A stretch of 64,000 nucleotides of DNA, from the IMG/VR virus record IMGVR_UViG_3300032236_000971, positions 43,890-107,889 of that record; one strand, written 5' to 3'. Made by a program: the position numbers and the translations under genes. The notes under the pieces were generated by a model. That model was not told the origin of the DNA, did no database searches, and saw only the letters and a program-made list of their open reading frames with translations. The stretch comes from a virus. Positions 33,543-42,982 of this stretch are shown piece by piece; the stretch's first letter is position 1; each line of letters starts with the position of its first letter.

Positions 33543-36395
33543 TTATGCAGCTACTGTTAAATATGCTTTTAACAATTCATTTGATGGAGCGCCAAGCGAC
33601 CCAGGGTTACTTAGTCCTGGATTGTTTACACCTTTTGGTCTTGGGCTAGGATTAGGACTTTGAGTTGGAGTACTTGTCTGTTTAGGAGCAGACGGTGTAT
33701 CGGTAGCTGGTGTTAAGTTTTCAGCAACTTGTTTGGGGGCTGTATTTTCTTGTTCAGCCGTTTGATTTGATGGCGCTGATGGCGTTTCACCAGCTGGTTT
33801 ATTTTCAGCTACAGCTTCTCTTTGTTTTTCAAGATACTGTTGATATGGGTTATTTGTGCCTAATGCAACTCTTTGACCATCTTTACCTTCTTGTTCAATA
33901 GCATGATAGTTTGATGCATTCTTTTCACCAAAACCTTGACCAGCTGGATATGTTTTTAATCTTGGTCCGCCAGAGCCAGTATATTGTTCCCAAACTTGCA
34001 TTCCAGTAATTTTACCATCTTTATCTTTTACATAACCAGCAACGGTAGCGGCATGAGTTGTCATAGTCCCTGGTGAACCAGTACCACCAGCATCATATCT
34101 TTCAGAAGCTCCGCCTTGTCTATTCATAAATGTAGCAACTGGGGTGCCAACAGGTAATTCATTCTCAGTTGCATTAGCTCCTTTACGCCAAGTTGTAACA
34201 CTATCAGTGCTACCTACTGCGGCTTTTGCTAATGTAACACACTGCTGGTTTTTAAGATGCGGTGCTACTGATTTAATACGGTTAGCAAGCTCTTGTTGAG
34301 TTTCACCTTGTATCGGCGGAACAGAAGGTAAAGCTGAACCAGAAGCTCCAGCAGGGGTTGCTTGAGGCGTAGTACCTGGGCTTGTTATAGCCCCATTACT
34401 TTGTTGTTCGGCAGCAGGTGTTGGTGCGTTTTGTCTACCGTTTGATGGAGTATACGTTGGCGCTACAGTTGGCGTATTAGAAGTAACTCCTGCGCTGCTT
34501 TGATAATTAGCTAATCCAGCACCAGTAGTTGACGGCGCTTGACTCATATCTGTTTTTGTAGCGTCAGCTTTCGCTGGTTGAGCTCCGCCAGCTGGAGCAG
34601 CGCCGCCTTGTACCTCACCTGCTGCTATACTACCTCTTTTAATATCAAAGCTACCTTGTTCAGCTTTTGCGGCTGAGAAGTGCATTGGATCTTTTACAGA
34701 TTTCCAATTCATACCCCACCCAAGACCGTGAGCAGCTGCTATAGTGCCTGTTTGTGGAGGTAAATCTGTCTTAGTTGACTTATTAGGATTGCTTCCTGGG
34801 TTGATATCAATAGCAGCACCCATAGCATGGAAGCTCTTTACGCTTGGATTATTGACATTAGCACGATCAGCATATCCACCGATGCTGTTAATTTTATATC
34901 CAGTTGCTTCAAGGTCATTAATGAAGCCTTGGAAATTAGAAGCGTAAGCAGCACCGACTTTAGTTGACTTACCGCTTTTAGTTTTAACTTCAGTTAATCC
35001 ACCTGCTGCTGCTTTATCCCCGCCCGCCTCTGCCGCTGTCGCGCCTGCTGGCGGCGCTCCCGCTGGTGCTGATGGAGTTGGTGTTGCTTGAGGAGTCGCT
35101 CCTGCTGCTGAAGGGGTAACACCAAGAACCTGCGCACCATTTGATGTAGGAACTCCATTAACTTTAAGCTCTTCTGTTTTAATAGTCATTTCTTTAGCAG
35201 AGAATAAAATTTCTCTTGCTTTAAATTCTATTATTTGAGCAGTTGTTTCTTTCTGACCTGTTTGTATTTTTTCTTTAACAGGATTACCATTCCCCCCATC
35301 GGCACTATCAACTCCTGTGGGTGAAGGTGTATCTGATTTTTTATCTTCTTTCTCAGCGTCTTTATTGAGACCAGGCACATTACTGTAAACATAATCTTTT
35401 ACTGCTTCTGCGACCTTTTTTAAATTTTCAACAGATTCAGGATCATCATCAGGAAGCTTGCCGTAAACTGCCTGATAAACATCTCTTGCTAACAATCCAG
35501 CTTGAATTGCTACAGAACCAGCTGATGCTGCTACAGCTGCTGGCGTTCCAATACCTAATGTACCTGCTGCAGCTGCGCCACCAGCCGCACTTAATGCGCC
35601 GCTGGTTACTTCTGCGGCTGCGCCTTTAAAGTCTCCCTCCATTGCTCTCCAAATACCGAAACCAATACCTGTAACCAATCCAACACCAGGTACTGCGGCT
35701 GCTGCTATTTTAGGTAGCTTTGGACCAACAATTTTTACTATAGCTTCTTTAATTGCTTTCTCACCGACAGCAACGCCAGCACCAACTACTGCGCCTTCGG
35801 CTGCTCCTGCTGCTATTTGTCCAGCATTACCGCCACCAGCAGCCGCTAATCCTCCTCCAACAAGAGCGCCAACTTTACCAGCACCTTTTGCCTCACTATG
35901 AGGTGTTTCAACAATAGGAGCTTTTTTCTCAGCAACTGCGTCAATTTTAGCTTTTGCTTCCTTTGATGTCATCTCAGGATTTTTAGCTTTTTCTTCAGCA
36001 ATCTTTTTAGCTTTTTCTTTTAAAGCTGCTTTACGTTCTTCTTCTGTTTGTGCTTTCTTAGGCTCTTCTTTAGATTTGTTTTTGTTTTCGGTATTTAAAT
36101 TTCTATCTAATATATCATTTGATGAAGATTTGTTCTTATCAGTAAGTAATTTTAATATCTTATCAAGAATAATATTCTGTTCTTTTTGAATATCAATTGA
36201 CTGAGATAGAAGTTCGTTGTTTTGAATTATACCTGCGCCAAATGTACCGAACTCACCACTTTCAGGTTTTACATTAGATAATGGTTTGTTCGCGGTTCTT
36301 TTTTTATCACCGCTGAACATTCCTGAAAATACACTTTTGATTGCTTCTTTGCCGAGCTTTCCTGCACCAGAAGCTATTGTTCCTGCTATACCCAT
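33543..36395 (-). CDS. Tail hub/tape-measure-like protein with M15 peptidase and BPSL0067-like amidase domains
   Basis: GGYADR...SFHAMGAAIDIN...WG..W...DPMHF (M15); QCVTL..WRKG..GTPVATF..HAA; Gly/Ala-rich hydrophobic segment. Confidence 0.75.
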   Translation of the reverse strand: MGIAGTIASGAGKLGKEAIKSVFSGMFSGDKKRTANKPLSNVKPESGEFGTFGAGIIQNNELLSQSIDIQKEQNIILDKILKLLTDKNKSSSNDILDRNLNTENKNKSKEEPKKAQTEEERKAALKEKAKKIAEEKAKNPEMTSKEAKAKIDAVAEKKAPIVETPHSEAKGAGKVGALVGGGLAAAGGGNAGQIAAGAAEGAVVGAGVAVGEKAIKEAIVKIVGPKLPKIAAAAVPGVGLVTGIGFGIWRAMEGDFKGAAAEVTSGALSAAGGAAAAGTLGIGTPAAVAASAGSVAIQAGLLARDVYQAVYGKLPDDDPESVENLKKVAEAVKDYVYSNVPGLNKDAEKEDKKSDTPSPTGVDSADGGNGNPVKEKIQTGQKETTAQIIEFKAREILFSAKEMTIKTEELKVNGVPTSNGAQVLGVTPSAAGATPQATPTPSAPAGAPPAGATAAEAGGDKAAAGGLTEVKTKSGKSTKVGAAYASNFQGFINDLEATGYKINSIGGYADRANVNNPSVKSFHAMGAAIDINPGSNPNKSTKTDLPPQTGTIAAAHGLGWGMNWKSVKDPMHFSAAKAEQGSFDIKRGSIAAGEVQGGAAPAGGAQPAKADATKTDMSQAPSTTGAGLANYQSSAGVTSNTPTVAPTYTPSNGRQNAPTPAAEQQSNGAITSPGTTPQATPAGASGSALPSVPPIQGETQQELANRIKSVAPHLKNQQCVTLAKAAVGSTDSVTTWRKGANATENELPVGTPVATFMNRQGGASERYDAGGTGSPGTMTTHAATVAGYVKDKDGKITGMQVWEQYTGSGGPRLKTYPAGQGFGEKNASNYHAIEQEGKDGQRVALGTNNPYQQYLEKQREAVAENKPAGETPSAPSNQTAEQENTAPKQVAENLTPATDTPSAPKQTSTPTQSPNPSPRPKGVNNPGLSNPGSLGAPSNELLKAYLTVAA

Positions 36396-39300
36396 TAGCG
36401 TCTAGCCTTCAAATGTTGATTTTGAGAGTGTAGTGCTTGTTGCTGTCCTGTAATAACAGCCATAGCAAGATACGGTAATGTTTTAGCAAGCTTGCCAATA
36501 AATTCTTCACCAGCAGTATTTGGTTTATGCGCAGGTCTATCTTGTGATACTTTAGATGTATCTGAACCACTAGTTTTAGCTGCTGGCGCTGGCGCTGCTG
36601 CTTGCGTTGATTCTGCTGTTGGTGAAGTAAGTTCAGCTGGCTTTGTTGGAGGCATAGGTATTGACTCAGCGACAGGTTGTAAATCCTGAGACCCTGTTCC
36701 TACATCAAACGACGTTTCATACCCAGCTATTTCACTTGATGCTAAAGCAGCTGCTGACTCTTCTTTTTCTACAGTGTTAGAAACATTCATCATATTAGCA
36801 GAACGAATATCTCTATCTTTTAATCCTTCGTCCCCGCCAGGAAGTTTAGTTGCATCTGGTTCTGGTTTAGTTAAATCTTCACCAGCAAGAGCTTTTTTAT
36901 CTTCTTCAGTCATTGCTGGTCTAGCATTTCCACCAGCAGCTATAATAATAGGAGGAGTGGATAGTTGTTTTGCTGCTCTTGTTTGTTCAGTTCCTGATGT
37001 AGCAGCTACAGCAACTTTCGCTTTAGCTGCTGGAGTTTCCGTTTGAGCATCTAATTTTTTAGCAACCTCTGGCGGTGGCGCTGGTGGCGTTTGATTAGGT
37101 GTAGTTTTAGAAGCTTTGGTTGCCTCAGCTTGTTGTTGCTGAACAACTGCGGGAGCAGAAGTGGTTCCTGCAGGTTCAACAGATTCTTTTTTCTCTGCGT
37201 CTTTTTGAGCAACCTGAGCCTTTGCTTCTTCAGTTGTTTTTTTCTTTTCAGCTTCATCCGTTGCTTTTACAGCCTGGTTAGCATATTTAATTCTGCTATC
37301 CATATGCTTAATTCCAGCAGCTTCATAATGCTTTTCAACAGCTACAGTAGCATCAGTAACATTATTTGTTTTCTTTACAGCAGCAATCGTACTCTTATGA
37401 GTTGTTTCTAACTCTTTCTTTAAGAAGCCATAGTTAGCATTTGGATCAGTTGCTTCTTGTCCTGTTTCTTTTAAATACTTTTCAAACTCTTTTCTACGAG
37501 GGCCAGTCCACTGCGCCCATCCAAGCCCACCACGACCTTGTTTTACACCTTTTTCCTGAATACCTGCTTGTAACCCTGCTGACTCGTGACCTAAGTTACC
37601 AACAACACCAGCTGCTTGTTCTTTTGATAAGCCAAAGTCTTTCTGAAGTTTCGCCATAACATCTGGCGCTTGTTCAGTAAATGATTTACCGCCAGCTAAT
37701 GGTTTATTGCTACCTGATGATGGCGCTGCCTCTGGTGATGCTTCTGGTGCTGCGCTAGGAGCATTTTGTCTACCATTTGATGGCGCATATGTTGGGGCTT
37801 GTTGTTGTGTAGACGAAGTAACACCAGGACCGCCAGTATAATTTGGCATTCCAGCGCCAGCACTAGGAGCAGCTTGTTGACCAGCTGGACCAGCTACACT
37901 TGGTGCGCCAGTTTGTGCTGCTTGAGGTACTCCAGGAGCTCCACCAGGACTTTCACCAGTTCCTCCGGAACCTCCAGTACCAGTCCCGCCAGTAGATGGC
38001 GCTGCTGCGGAGGGTCCGCCTTCATTACCCCCAGTAGCACCAACTTGCTGACCAGTGGTTGGTTTCATTTCTACATTTAATGACTGAACTTCAAATGTTA
38101 GTTTATCAGCATTAAATTTAATCTGATCAGCTTTATAAGAAATAAGTTCTGGCGTTACTGTTGCTTCCGGACCTCTATTTCTAGCCTCTTCAATATTAGA
38201 AGTTTCAGCTTTCTGTGCTAAACTTTCACCAGTTGTTGCTGGCGGCGGAGCAGATGGAGTTGCTTGTGGTGTAGTTGGAGCTGGAGTTGCGATTGCTTGA
38301 ACTGGAGCCGTAGGAATAGGAGGACGATTTTGTTCCTCTTTAGTTTCTTTCTTTTTTTCAACAACAGGAACAGTAGCTTCTTGTGGAGTTGTATACTTTG
38401 ACAATGGATCGGGATTACCCATATCCATAGCCATTTTTCTAGCTGCTTGAACTTTAGGATCTTTCAACGCTTCAGGTATAACTTGCCCATTGCGTTCAAC
38501 TACTACGCCACCAACTTTAACTTCTTCATTTTCATCTTCAAGTTTTTTCTTTTCGGGCTTATCTGGATTAAGGAATGTATCAACATTATCTTTATCAATA
38601 GTTGGGAGAGCCATCAAAGCAGATGCTGTACCTAATACACCTCTACCTTTACCTAATAGTTTCTTCCAGTCATAACCTTTATTACCACCAGTATCATTAC
38701 CTGTTGTAGTATCACCCTTACCTATCTTAGCAGCGATCTGAGATAATAATTCAGATGAACGTTCTTGAATAGAGATAACATCACGTAATAGATCAGCGTT
38801 ATCTTTTAAGCTATCTTCTACTCTTGTATATTGGAAACGCTTTTCAGTAGCTTGGCGCTTTTGTTCTGACTTTTCGTTTTGTTCTTTATCATCACCCTTC
38901 CAAAGCTTTTTGACTGCTTCTGTTTTATCATAAATGCCAGGAAGAGTGCTTTTAAGCGCAGCTTTGCCGAACCTAGCAAGTCTACCAGGCTCTTTGTTTT
39001 TACCTTCTACAGGTTCTTTAGTATTGTCTTCTGTTTTTAATGGCTTGTAGTTAAATGGATTGACGCTAAGATCTTTTCTATCTTTACCAGTCCATAACTC
39101 ACGAAAGCTTTCTGCCTTCTCATAAAGACCAGGAAATGAATCTTTAAGAATAGCTCTACTGAATCTACCTAATCTAGTAGTTTTTTCTTTTGGCTCTTCT
39201 TCTTTTTTCTTTCTGCCTCTTTTCTTTGGCTTCTTTTCAGCTTCAGCTTGCTCAGGCGTAGGTTTAGCATCGTCAGTTGATACTTTAGCTTTCTTTTTTG

Positions 39301-39487
39301 GCTTCTTTTCAAGCTCTACAGGCGCAACAATAGGATACTGCTCGTTGATAATTTGATTAAACTTATCACCGGCATAATTACCTTCTTCGTTCGTGATCTT
39401 TCCTTGATCATCACGAAACCACTCTGTACCGAGCCATTCACAGACAAAAGCATGACCAAACTTATTTTGTTTTCTTTTCTTAGCCAT
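36395..39487 (-). CDS. Tail hub/tape-measure-like protein with phage tail lysozyme domain
   Basis: QAAGVVGNLGHES...GLGWAQWTGPRR...YEAAG...RIKYA (Phage_lysozyme2-like); long low-complexity linkers. Confidence 0.78.
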   Translation of the reverse strand: MAKKRKQNKFGHAFVCEWLGTEWFRDDQGKITNEEGNYAGDKFNQIINEQYPIVAPVELEKKPKKKAKVSTDDAKPTPEQAEAEKKPKKRGRKKKEEEPKEKTTRLGRFSRAILKDSFPGLYEKAESFRELWTGKDRKDLSVNPFNYKPLKTEDNTKEPVEGKNKEPGRLARFGKAALKSTLPGIYDKTEAVKKLWKGDDKEQNEKSEQKRQATEKRFQYTRVEDSLKDNADLLRDVISIQERSSELLSQIAAKIGKGDTTTGNDTGGNKGYDWKKLLGKGRGVLGTASALMALPTIDKDNVDTFLNPDKPEKKKLEDENEEVKVGGVVVERNGQVIPEALKDPKVQAARKMAMDMGNPDPLSKYTTPQEATVPVVEKKKETKEEQNRPPIPTAPVQAIATPAPTTPQATPSAPPPATTGESLAQKAETSNIEEARNRGPEATVTPELISYKADQIKFNADKLTFEVQSLNVEMKPTTGQQVGATGGNEGGPSAAAPSTGGTGTGGSGGTGESPGGAPGVPQAAQTGAPSVAGPAGQQAAPSAGAGMPNYTGGPGVTSSTQQQAPTYAPSNGRQNAPSAAPEASPEAAPSSGSNKPLAGGKSFTEQAPDVMAKLQKDFGLSKEQAAGVVGNLGHESAGLQAGIQEKGVKQGRGGLGWAQWTGPRRKEFEKYLKETGQEATDPNANYGFLKKELETTHKSTIAAVKKTNNVTDATVAVEKHYEAAGIKHMDSRIKYANQAVKATDEAEKKKTTEEAKAQVAQKDAEKKESVEPAGTTSAPAVVQQQQAEATKASKTTPNQTPPAPPPEVAKKLDAQTETPAAKAKVAVAATSGTEQTRAAKQLSTPPIIIAAGGNARPAMTEEDKKALAGEDLTKPEPDATKLPGGDEGLKDRDIRSANMMNVSNTVEKEESAAALASSEIAGYETSFDVGTGSQDLQPVAESIPMPPTKPAELTSPTAESTQAAAPAPAAKTSGSDTSKVSQDRPAHKPNTAGEEFIGKLAKTLPYLAMAVITGQQQALHSQNQHLKARR

Positions 39488-39675
39488 TACCCAGCCTGTT
39501 GTTGACGCCTCTTTTCTTCTAACTCTTTCAAATATGCTATAAGCATTTCTACATAGATATCACGCTCGAAGATTATCCAGTTTTCTATCTCGGATATTGA
39601 ATATTTATGATGCTGAGCCAGAGAAAAATTAGTTTGATAATAATTCTCTAGATTATTGTGACTCAGCGCAAGGTA
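39487..39675 (-). CDS. gp51: gp51-like baseplate hub assembly frame with no N-terminal start codon; probable -1 frameshift extension of gp26
   Basis: YLALSHNNLENYYQTNFSLAQHHKYSISEIENWIIFERDIYVEMLIAYLKE...; TAA overlaps the next ATG; the only ATG is near the C-terminus. Confidence 0.8.
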   Translation of the reverse strand, partial: YLALSHNNLENYYQTNFSLAQHHKYSISEIENWIIFERDIYVEMLIAYLKELEEKRRQQQAG

Positions 39676-40376
39676 AAAAAATCAGAGAGTGATTTCAACT
39701 CAATGGTTCTTTTATTCTTCATAGCATTAGTATATTCAATTTTATAATATAGAGTTGGCATATTGCTCATGAAGTTTCTAACCTTATCGAAGCTAGGAAT
39801 ATCTAGAAATTCTAGGAACTCAAGAATAGCTTCCTCTTCGAAATCTTTACCTTCATATACCGCATCAGCATCATAGATCTGATCAATACAACGCACAACC
39901 AACTTATAAAATGTTTCTTCGCCCTCTGCTTTGAGAAATGACTTATCATCATAGATAGATGCAGGTGGATACTTCATTACAATTCCAGACTTATCTGTTA
40001 CCTTGATAAGCTTTTCAACATTCTCAGGATATTTAATCTCGATCTTAGGTAGCTCGATAGTAAAAGTGTAGCTCTTATTGTCTTCTAGATCGCGATATGA
40101 AACTTCAATCTCGTTACCGATAGAGTTACCACGCAACTGAACAAACAAATACTCAAGAGCATAGATAGGCAACTTATCAATATCAAGTGTTTGATCCAAA
40201 CAGCAGTTGTTTACAACTTGTTTGATAGCCTGTAGGATATCTGTTTCTTCTTCGCTCTGCTTTGCCATAAGAAGAAGCTTTTCCTCTTTAACAAGCATTG
40301 GGCGAAACATATATTGCTTCTTGTCTGGGGGGATAGAAAGATTCAAAATAGGGTAATCAATTTTAGGTAGTGCCAT
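39663..40376 (-). CDS. gp26: Baseplate hub assembly chaperone gp26
   Basis: MALPKI...FRPMLVKEEKLLLMA...EYLFVQLRGNSIG...MKYP...LSDFF. Confidence 0.9.
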   Translation of the reverse strand: MALPKIDYPILNLSIPPDKKQYMFRPMLVKEEKLLLMAKQSEEETDILQAIKQVVNNCCLDQTLDIDKLPIYALEYLFVQLRGNSIGNEIEVSYRDLEDNKSYTFTIELPKIEIKYPENVEKLIKVTDKSGIVMKYPPASIYDDKSFLKAEGEETFYKLVVRCIDQIYDADAVYEGKDFEEEAILEFLEFLDIPSFDKVRNFMSNMPTLYYKIEYTNAMKNKRTIELKSLSDFFTLR

Positions 40377-40399
40377 GTTATACTCCAATGGTTATCATA

Positions 40400-41086
40400 T
40401 TATTTAAGTGTGAGTGGTGTTTCCGGTGTTCCGTAGACCCATTCTCTAAACGTAACGGTAGTTGTCAACTTAATCAAACTATTATTATCTGTCCAGTTCA
40501 AAGCAATATCGTTTATAGATATAGGATATGCCTTAACTAATGTTGCAACGATTTGTGGTTTGCCTGTTGTATCATATACAGTTATAGTGATATCAGCAGC
40601 GTAATTATCTTTATACTCTGCAGTATAGAACGAACGGTATTGATCGCCTCTATTTAATACGTAATTGTTATCTGCTACGTTATAATTTCCATAGATATTA
40701 TTTACGTTCTCTTCGCCATTCGTACCAAATACGAAATTAATCCATGAATACCAGAACTTATAAACGTCGCCAGTGCGATCCATTAAAAAGGTTAATGTAA
40801 CGTCTGTATAGTTTCCGGTGAATGGCATCTTTTCAGATATACCGATGCCGTAACGATTGATATCAGCTGTTCTTAAAGCAATACCAGGTAATGAAGCACT
40901 AATACAACGGTATTGTAGGTCTCTTGTATTGCTTATAGCATTACCGATATTACTATCATTTGTTGTTATAGTTTTTGTAGCAAATGGAGAATTTGTCGGA
41001 AACGAAATCAATACGTCGTACTTGTTTGACTGAAGTACGCCTTTTTTACTGATATTAGTTCTAAATTCTTCTATATTTAATGCCAT
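40400..41086 (-). CDS. gp54: Tail tube initiator gp54-like (tail tube fold)
   Basis: CISASLPG, YKDNYAADI, KAYPISI..I.LNW; synteny with gp26 and gp2. Confidence 0.75.
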   Translation of the reverse strand: MALNIEEFRTNISKKGVLQSNKYDVLISFPTNSPFATKTITTNDSNIGNAISNTRDLQYRCISASLPGIALRTADINRYGIGISEKMPFTGNYTDVTLTFLMDRTGDVYKFWYSWINFVFGTNGEENVNNIYGNYNVADNNYVLNRGDQYRSFYTAEYKDNYAADITITVYDTTGKPQIVATLVKAYPISINDIALNWTDNNSLIKLTTTVTFREWVYGTPETPLTLK

Positions 41087-41088
41087 TT

Positions 41089-41685
41089 TTATATCTTTGT
41101 TAAAGAGTCTTTGAACACTTGTTGCTTTGTTGCGCCTTGGAATCGTTCAGTTGGTAACATCAAAGCAAAGTCCCACTCGTCTGGCGCTATATAAATGAAC
41201 TGCGAACCTACATGAGTAAACAGATACTTGTGAATGCATGGTTTGAAATACTTAAATCTAGATGCGCTCGCTAGTATATTATATGCTATTCTTAACTTTG
41301 TTGTCTTATCATACTTCTTGTTATTTATTGTCCCATACAGAGCGTCCATAAGCTTTGCTCTAAGTACAGGAGATAGATAGTGAAGGTTGATACCCAAGAA
41401 TGAATCGCCATAGAACTCAATAGGGAATATCAATGGAAACGTATCATAGAATGGAAGAGTGTCTTTATGCTTAGGATCATAGACAAACATATACATCTTG
41501 CCGATAGAGTTAGGTGAAAGCATCTGTAAACGTCTAAATGGTTCTGATGTCTGAGTTATCTTATTATCTTGAACACGTCTAACGGATAGAGCTTTTGTAC
41601 GAAACCAATCGCGTGCTTCCCTTGAACCTGGTTTAAGTTTATCAGGCGGTGATTTCTTTAGATAATCTGAAAATATTGTTGCCAT
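41089..41685 (-). CDS. gp2: DNA end protector protein gp2
   Basis: GKMYMFVYDPKHKDTLPFYDTFPL, GINLHYL, LPTERF. Confidence 0.95.
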   Translation of the reverse strand: MATIFSDYLKKSPPDKLKPGSREARDWFRTKALSVRRVQDNKITQTSEPFRRLQMLSPNSIGKMYMFVYDPKHKDTLPFYDTFPLIFPIEFYGDSFLGINLHYLSPVLRAKLMDALYGTINNKKYDKTTKLRIAYNILASASRFKYFKPCIHKYLFTHVGSQFIYIAPDEWDFALMLPTERFQGATKQQVFKDSLTKI

Positions 41686-42131
41686 TAAAACTTAATATCC
41701 AGTTCTTTCTCAGTAAATATTAGAAACTTCCATTTACGATCATTACAATATTCTGTTGCTGCTTTCCACTTTGCTTCATTCACACCCCAAGTCATAACCT
41801 CTTGGATATATCTATTTTTCTTTTTGTTTTCAGTAAGCACTGGCGGTCTAGTTTGAGCAGCTGGTTTCACTTCAATCAACGAAGTTTCTCTGATACCATC
41901 TTTATTTATAGTTGTAACAATAAAGTCAACAAAGTATCTATGCATTCTATTGTCGATTGGAGAGCGATAAGGTATTACAACTTCTTCTGATCCCCAACTA
42001 ATAACATCAGAGCGATTATCTAAATAGTTCATTAGCTTGAGTTCCCAACGAGACCGATAAATAATATTCGTTGGGTCTCCTCTATATTTTTTTGGGTTTC
42101 TTGGTTTGAAATAACCTTTGTATGTTTTCAT
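41685..42131 (-). CDS. gp4: Head completion nuclease gp4
   Basis: YKGYFKPRNPKKYRGDPTNIIYRSRWE, HRYFVDF, IEVKP, NEAKWKAA. Confidence 0.95.
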   Translation of the reverse strand: MKTYKGYFKPRNPKKYRGDPTNIIYRSRWELKLMNYLDNRSDVISWGSEEVVIPYRSPIDNRMHRYFVDFIVTTINKDGIRETSLIEVKPAAQTRPPVLTENKKKNRYIQEVMTWGVNEAKWKAATEYCNDRKWKFLIFTEKELDIKF

Positions 42132-42139
42132 AGAGCACT

Positions 42140-42164
42140 CATAAATAATAAAAAGATATTTATA
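42140..42164. promoter_or_regulatory. Face-to-face late promoters serving divergent gp4 and gp48
   Basis: CATAAATA 42140-42147 (+); TATTTATA 42157-42164 reads TATAAATA on the minus strand. Confidence 0.75.
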
Positions 42165-42177
42165 AAAGGCATAATAG

Positions 42178-42981
42178 ATGGCACTTACTAGTTCGGCTGG
42201 CCAATATACAATAGGTTCTGTAGCAGGAGCTGCGTTTAATAACAAAAACGGTAGTTTGATATTTCCGCTCGACTTAGTAAAGCAGCCATTTTGGATGTCG
42301 TTTTCGTTTTACGAATACAAAATGCCTTCGCCTTTAATGAATCAGCAAAACGAATATTATATAGACAAAGGAACGATTAGATTACCTTTGCCGAATTCTA
42401 TGGTTGATGATCAGCATGTTCAGTTTAGTCCTGATTCAGTAGTTCCTAGTGTTGCGTTAGGTGGAATGGCAACAGCTGCTGGTAAAGCTGTAGGAGCATT
42501 GACCGGAACAGCAATGAACCCTATGTTGACGGTAATGTTTAAACAACCAACGTTCAAGCAACATTCATTAGAATGGAAGTTAACGCCATCAAATCAAAAT
42601 GAATCACAGACGCTTAATTCTATAGTAAACAGCTTTAAGTATAATATGTTACCTGACAGCGCTGGTGCGGGAGTATTATTATCTTATCCAAACATTGTAC
42701 AGATTAGAGTTAGCGCAGCTGATCCTGATTTTTTCACTTATGTATTTAAGCCAGCAGTGATTGAATCGTTTAGCGTTAACTATACACCATCAGGAACACC
42801 TTCATTCTTTGGCACTACAAAAGCGCCAACGGAAGTTCAGATTCGTTTAGGGCTTATGGAAATTGAATACTGGCTTGCAAGTCATTATGGTTCGCCAAGA
42901 GATAGTGTTTTAGATAGCACCAAGAACGCTGCTACAGCTATTTTAAATGGAGTCAAAGGTTATTTCGGGTTAGGCGGTTAA
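42178..42981 (+). CDS. gp48: Baseplate tail tube cap gp48
   Basis: IRLPLPNS, NPMLTVMFKQP, LTPSNQNES, YPNIV, VNYTP. Confidence 0.85.
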   Translation: MALTSSAGQYTIGSVAGAAFNNKNGSLIFPLDLVKQPFWMSFSFYEYKMPSPLMNQQNEYYIDKGTIRLPLPNSMVDDQHVQFSPDSVVPSVALGGMATAAGKAVGALTGTAMNPMLTVMFKQPTFKQHSLEWKLTPSNQNESQTLNSIVNSFKYNMLPDSAGAGVLLSYPNIVQIRVSAADPDFFTYVFKPAVIESFSVNYTPSGTPSFFGTTKAPTEVQIRLGLMEIEYWLASHYGSPRDSVLDSTKNAATAILNGVKGYFGLGG

Positions 42982-42982
42982 A

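Noticed and set aside
33280-38675. Numerous short plus-strand ORFs opposite the large tail genes, and similar nested ORFs elsewhere
   Set aside because: They are shadow frames of well-supported genes, with no RBS or recognisable motifs
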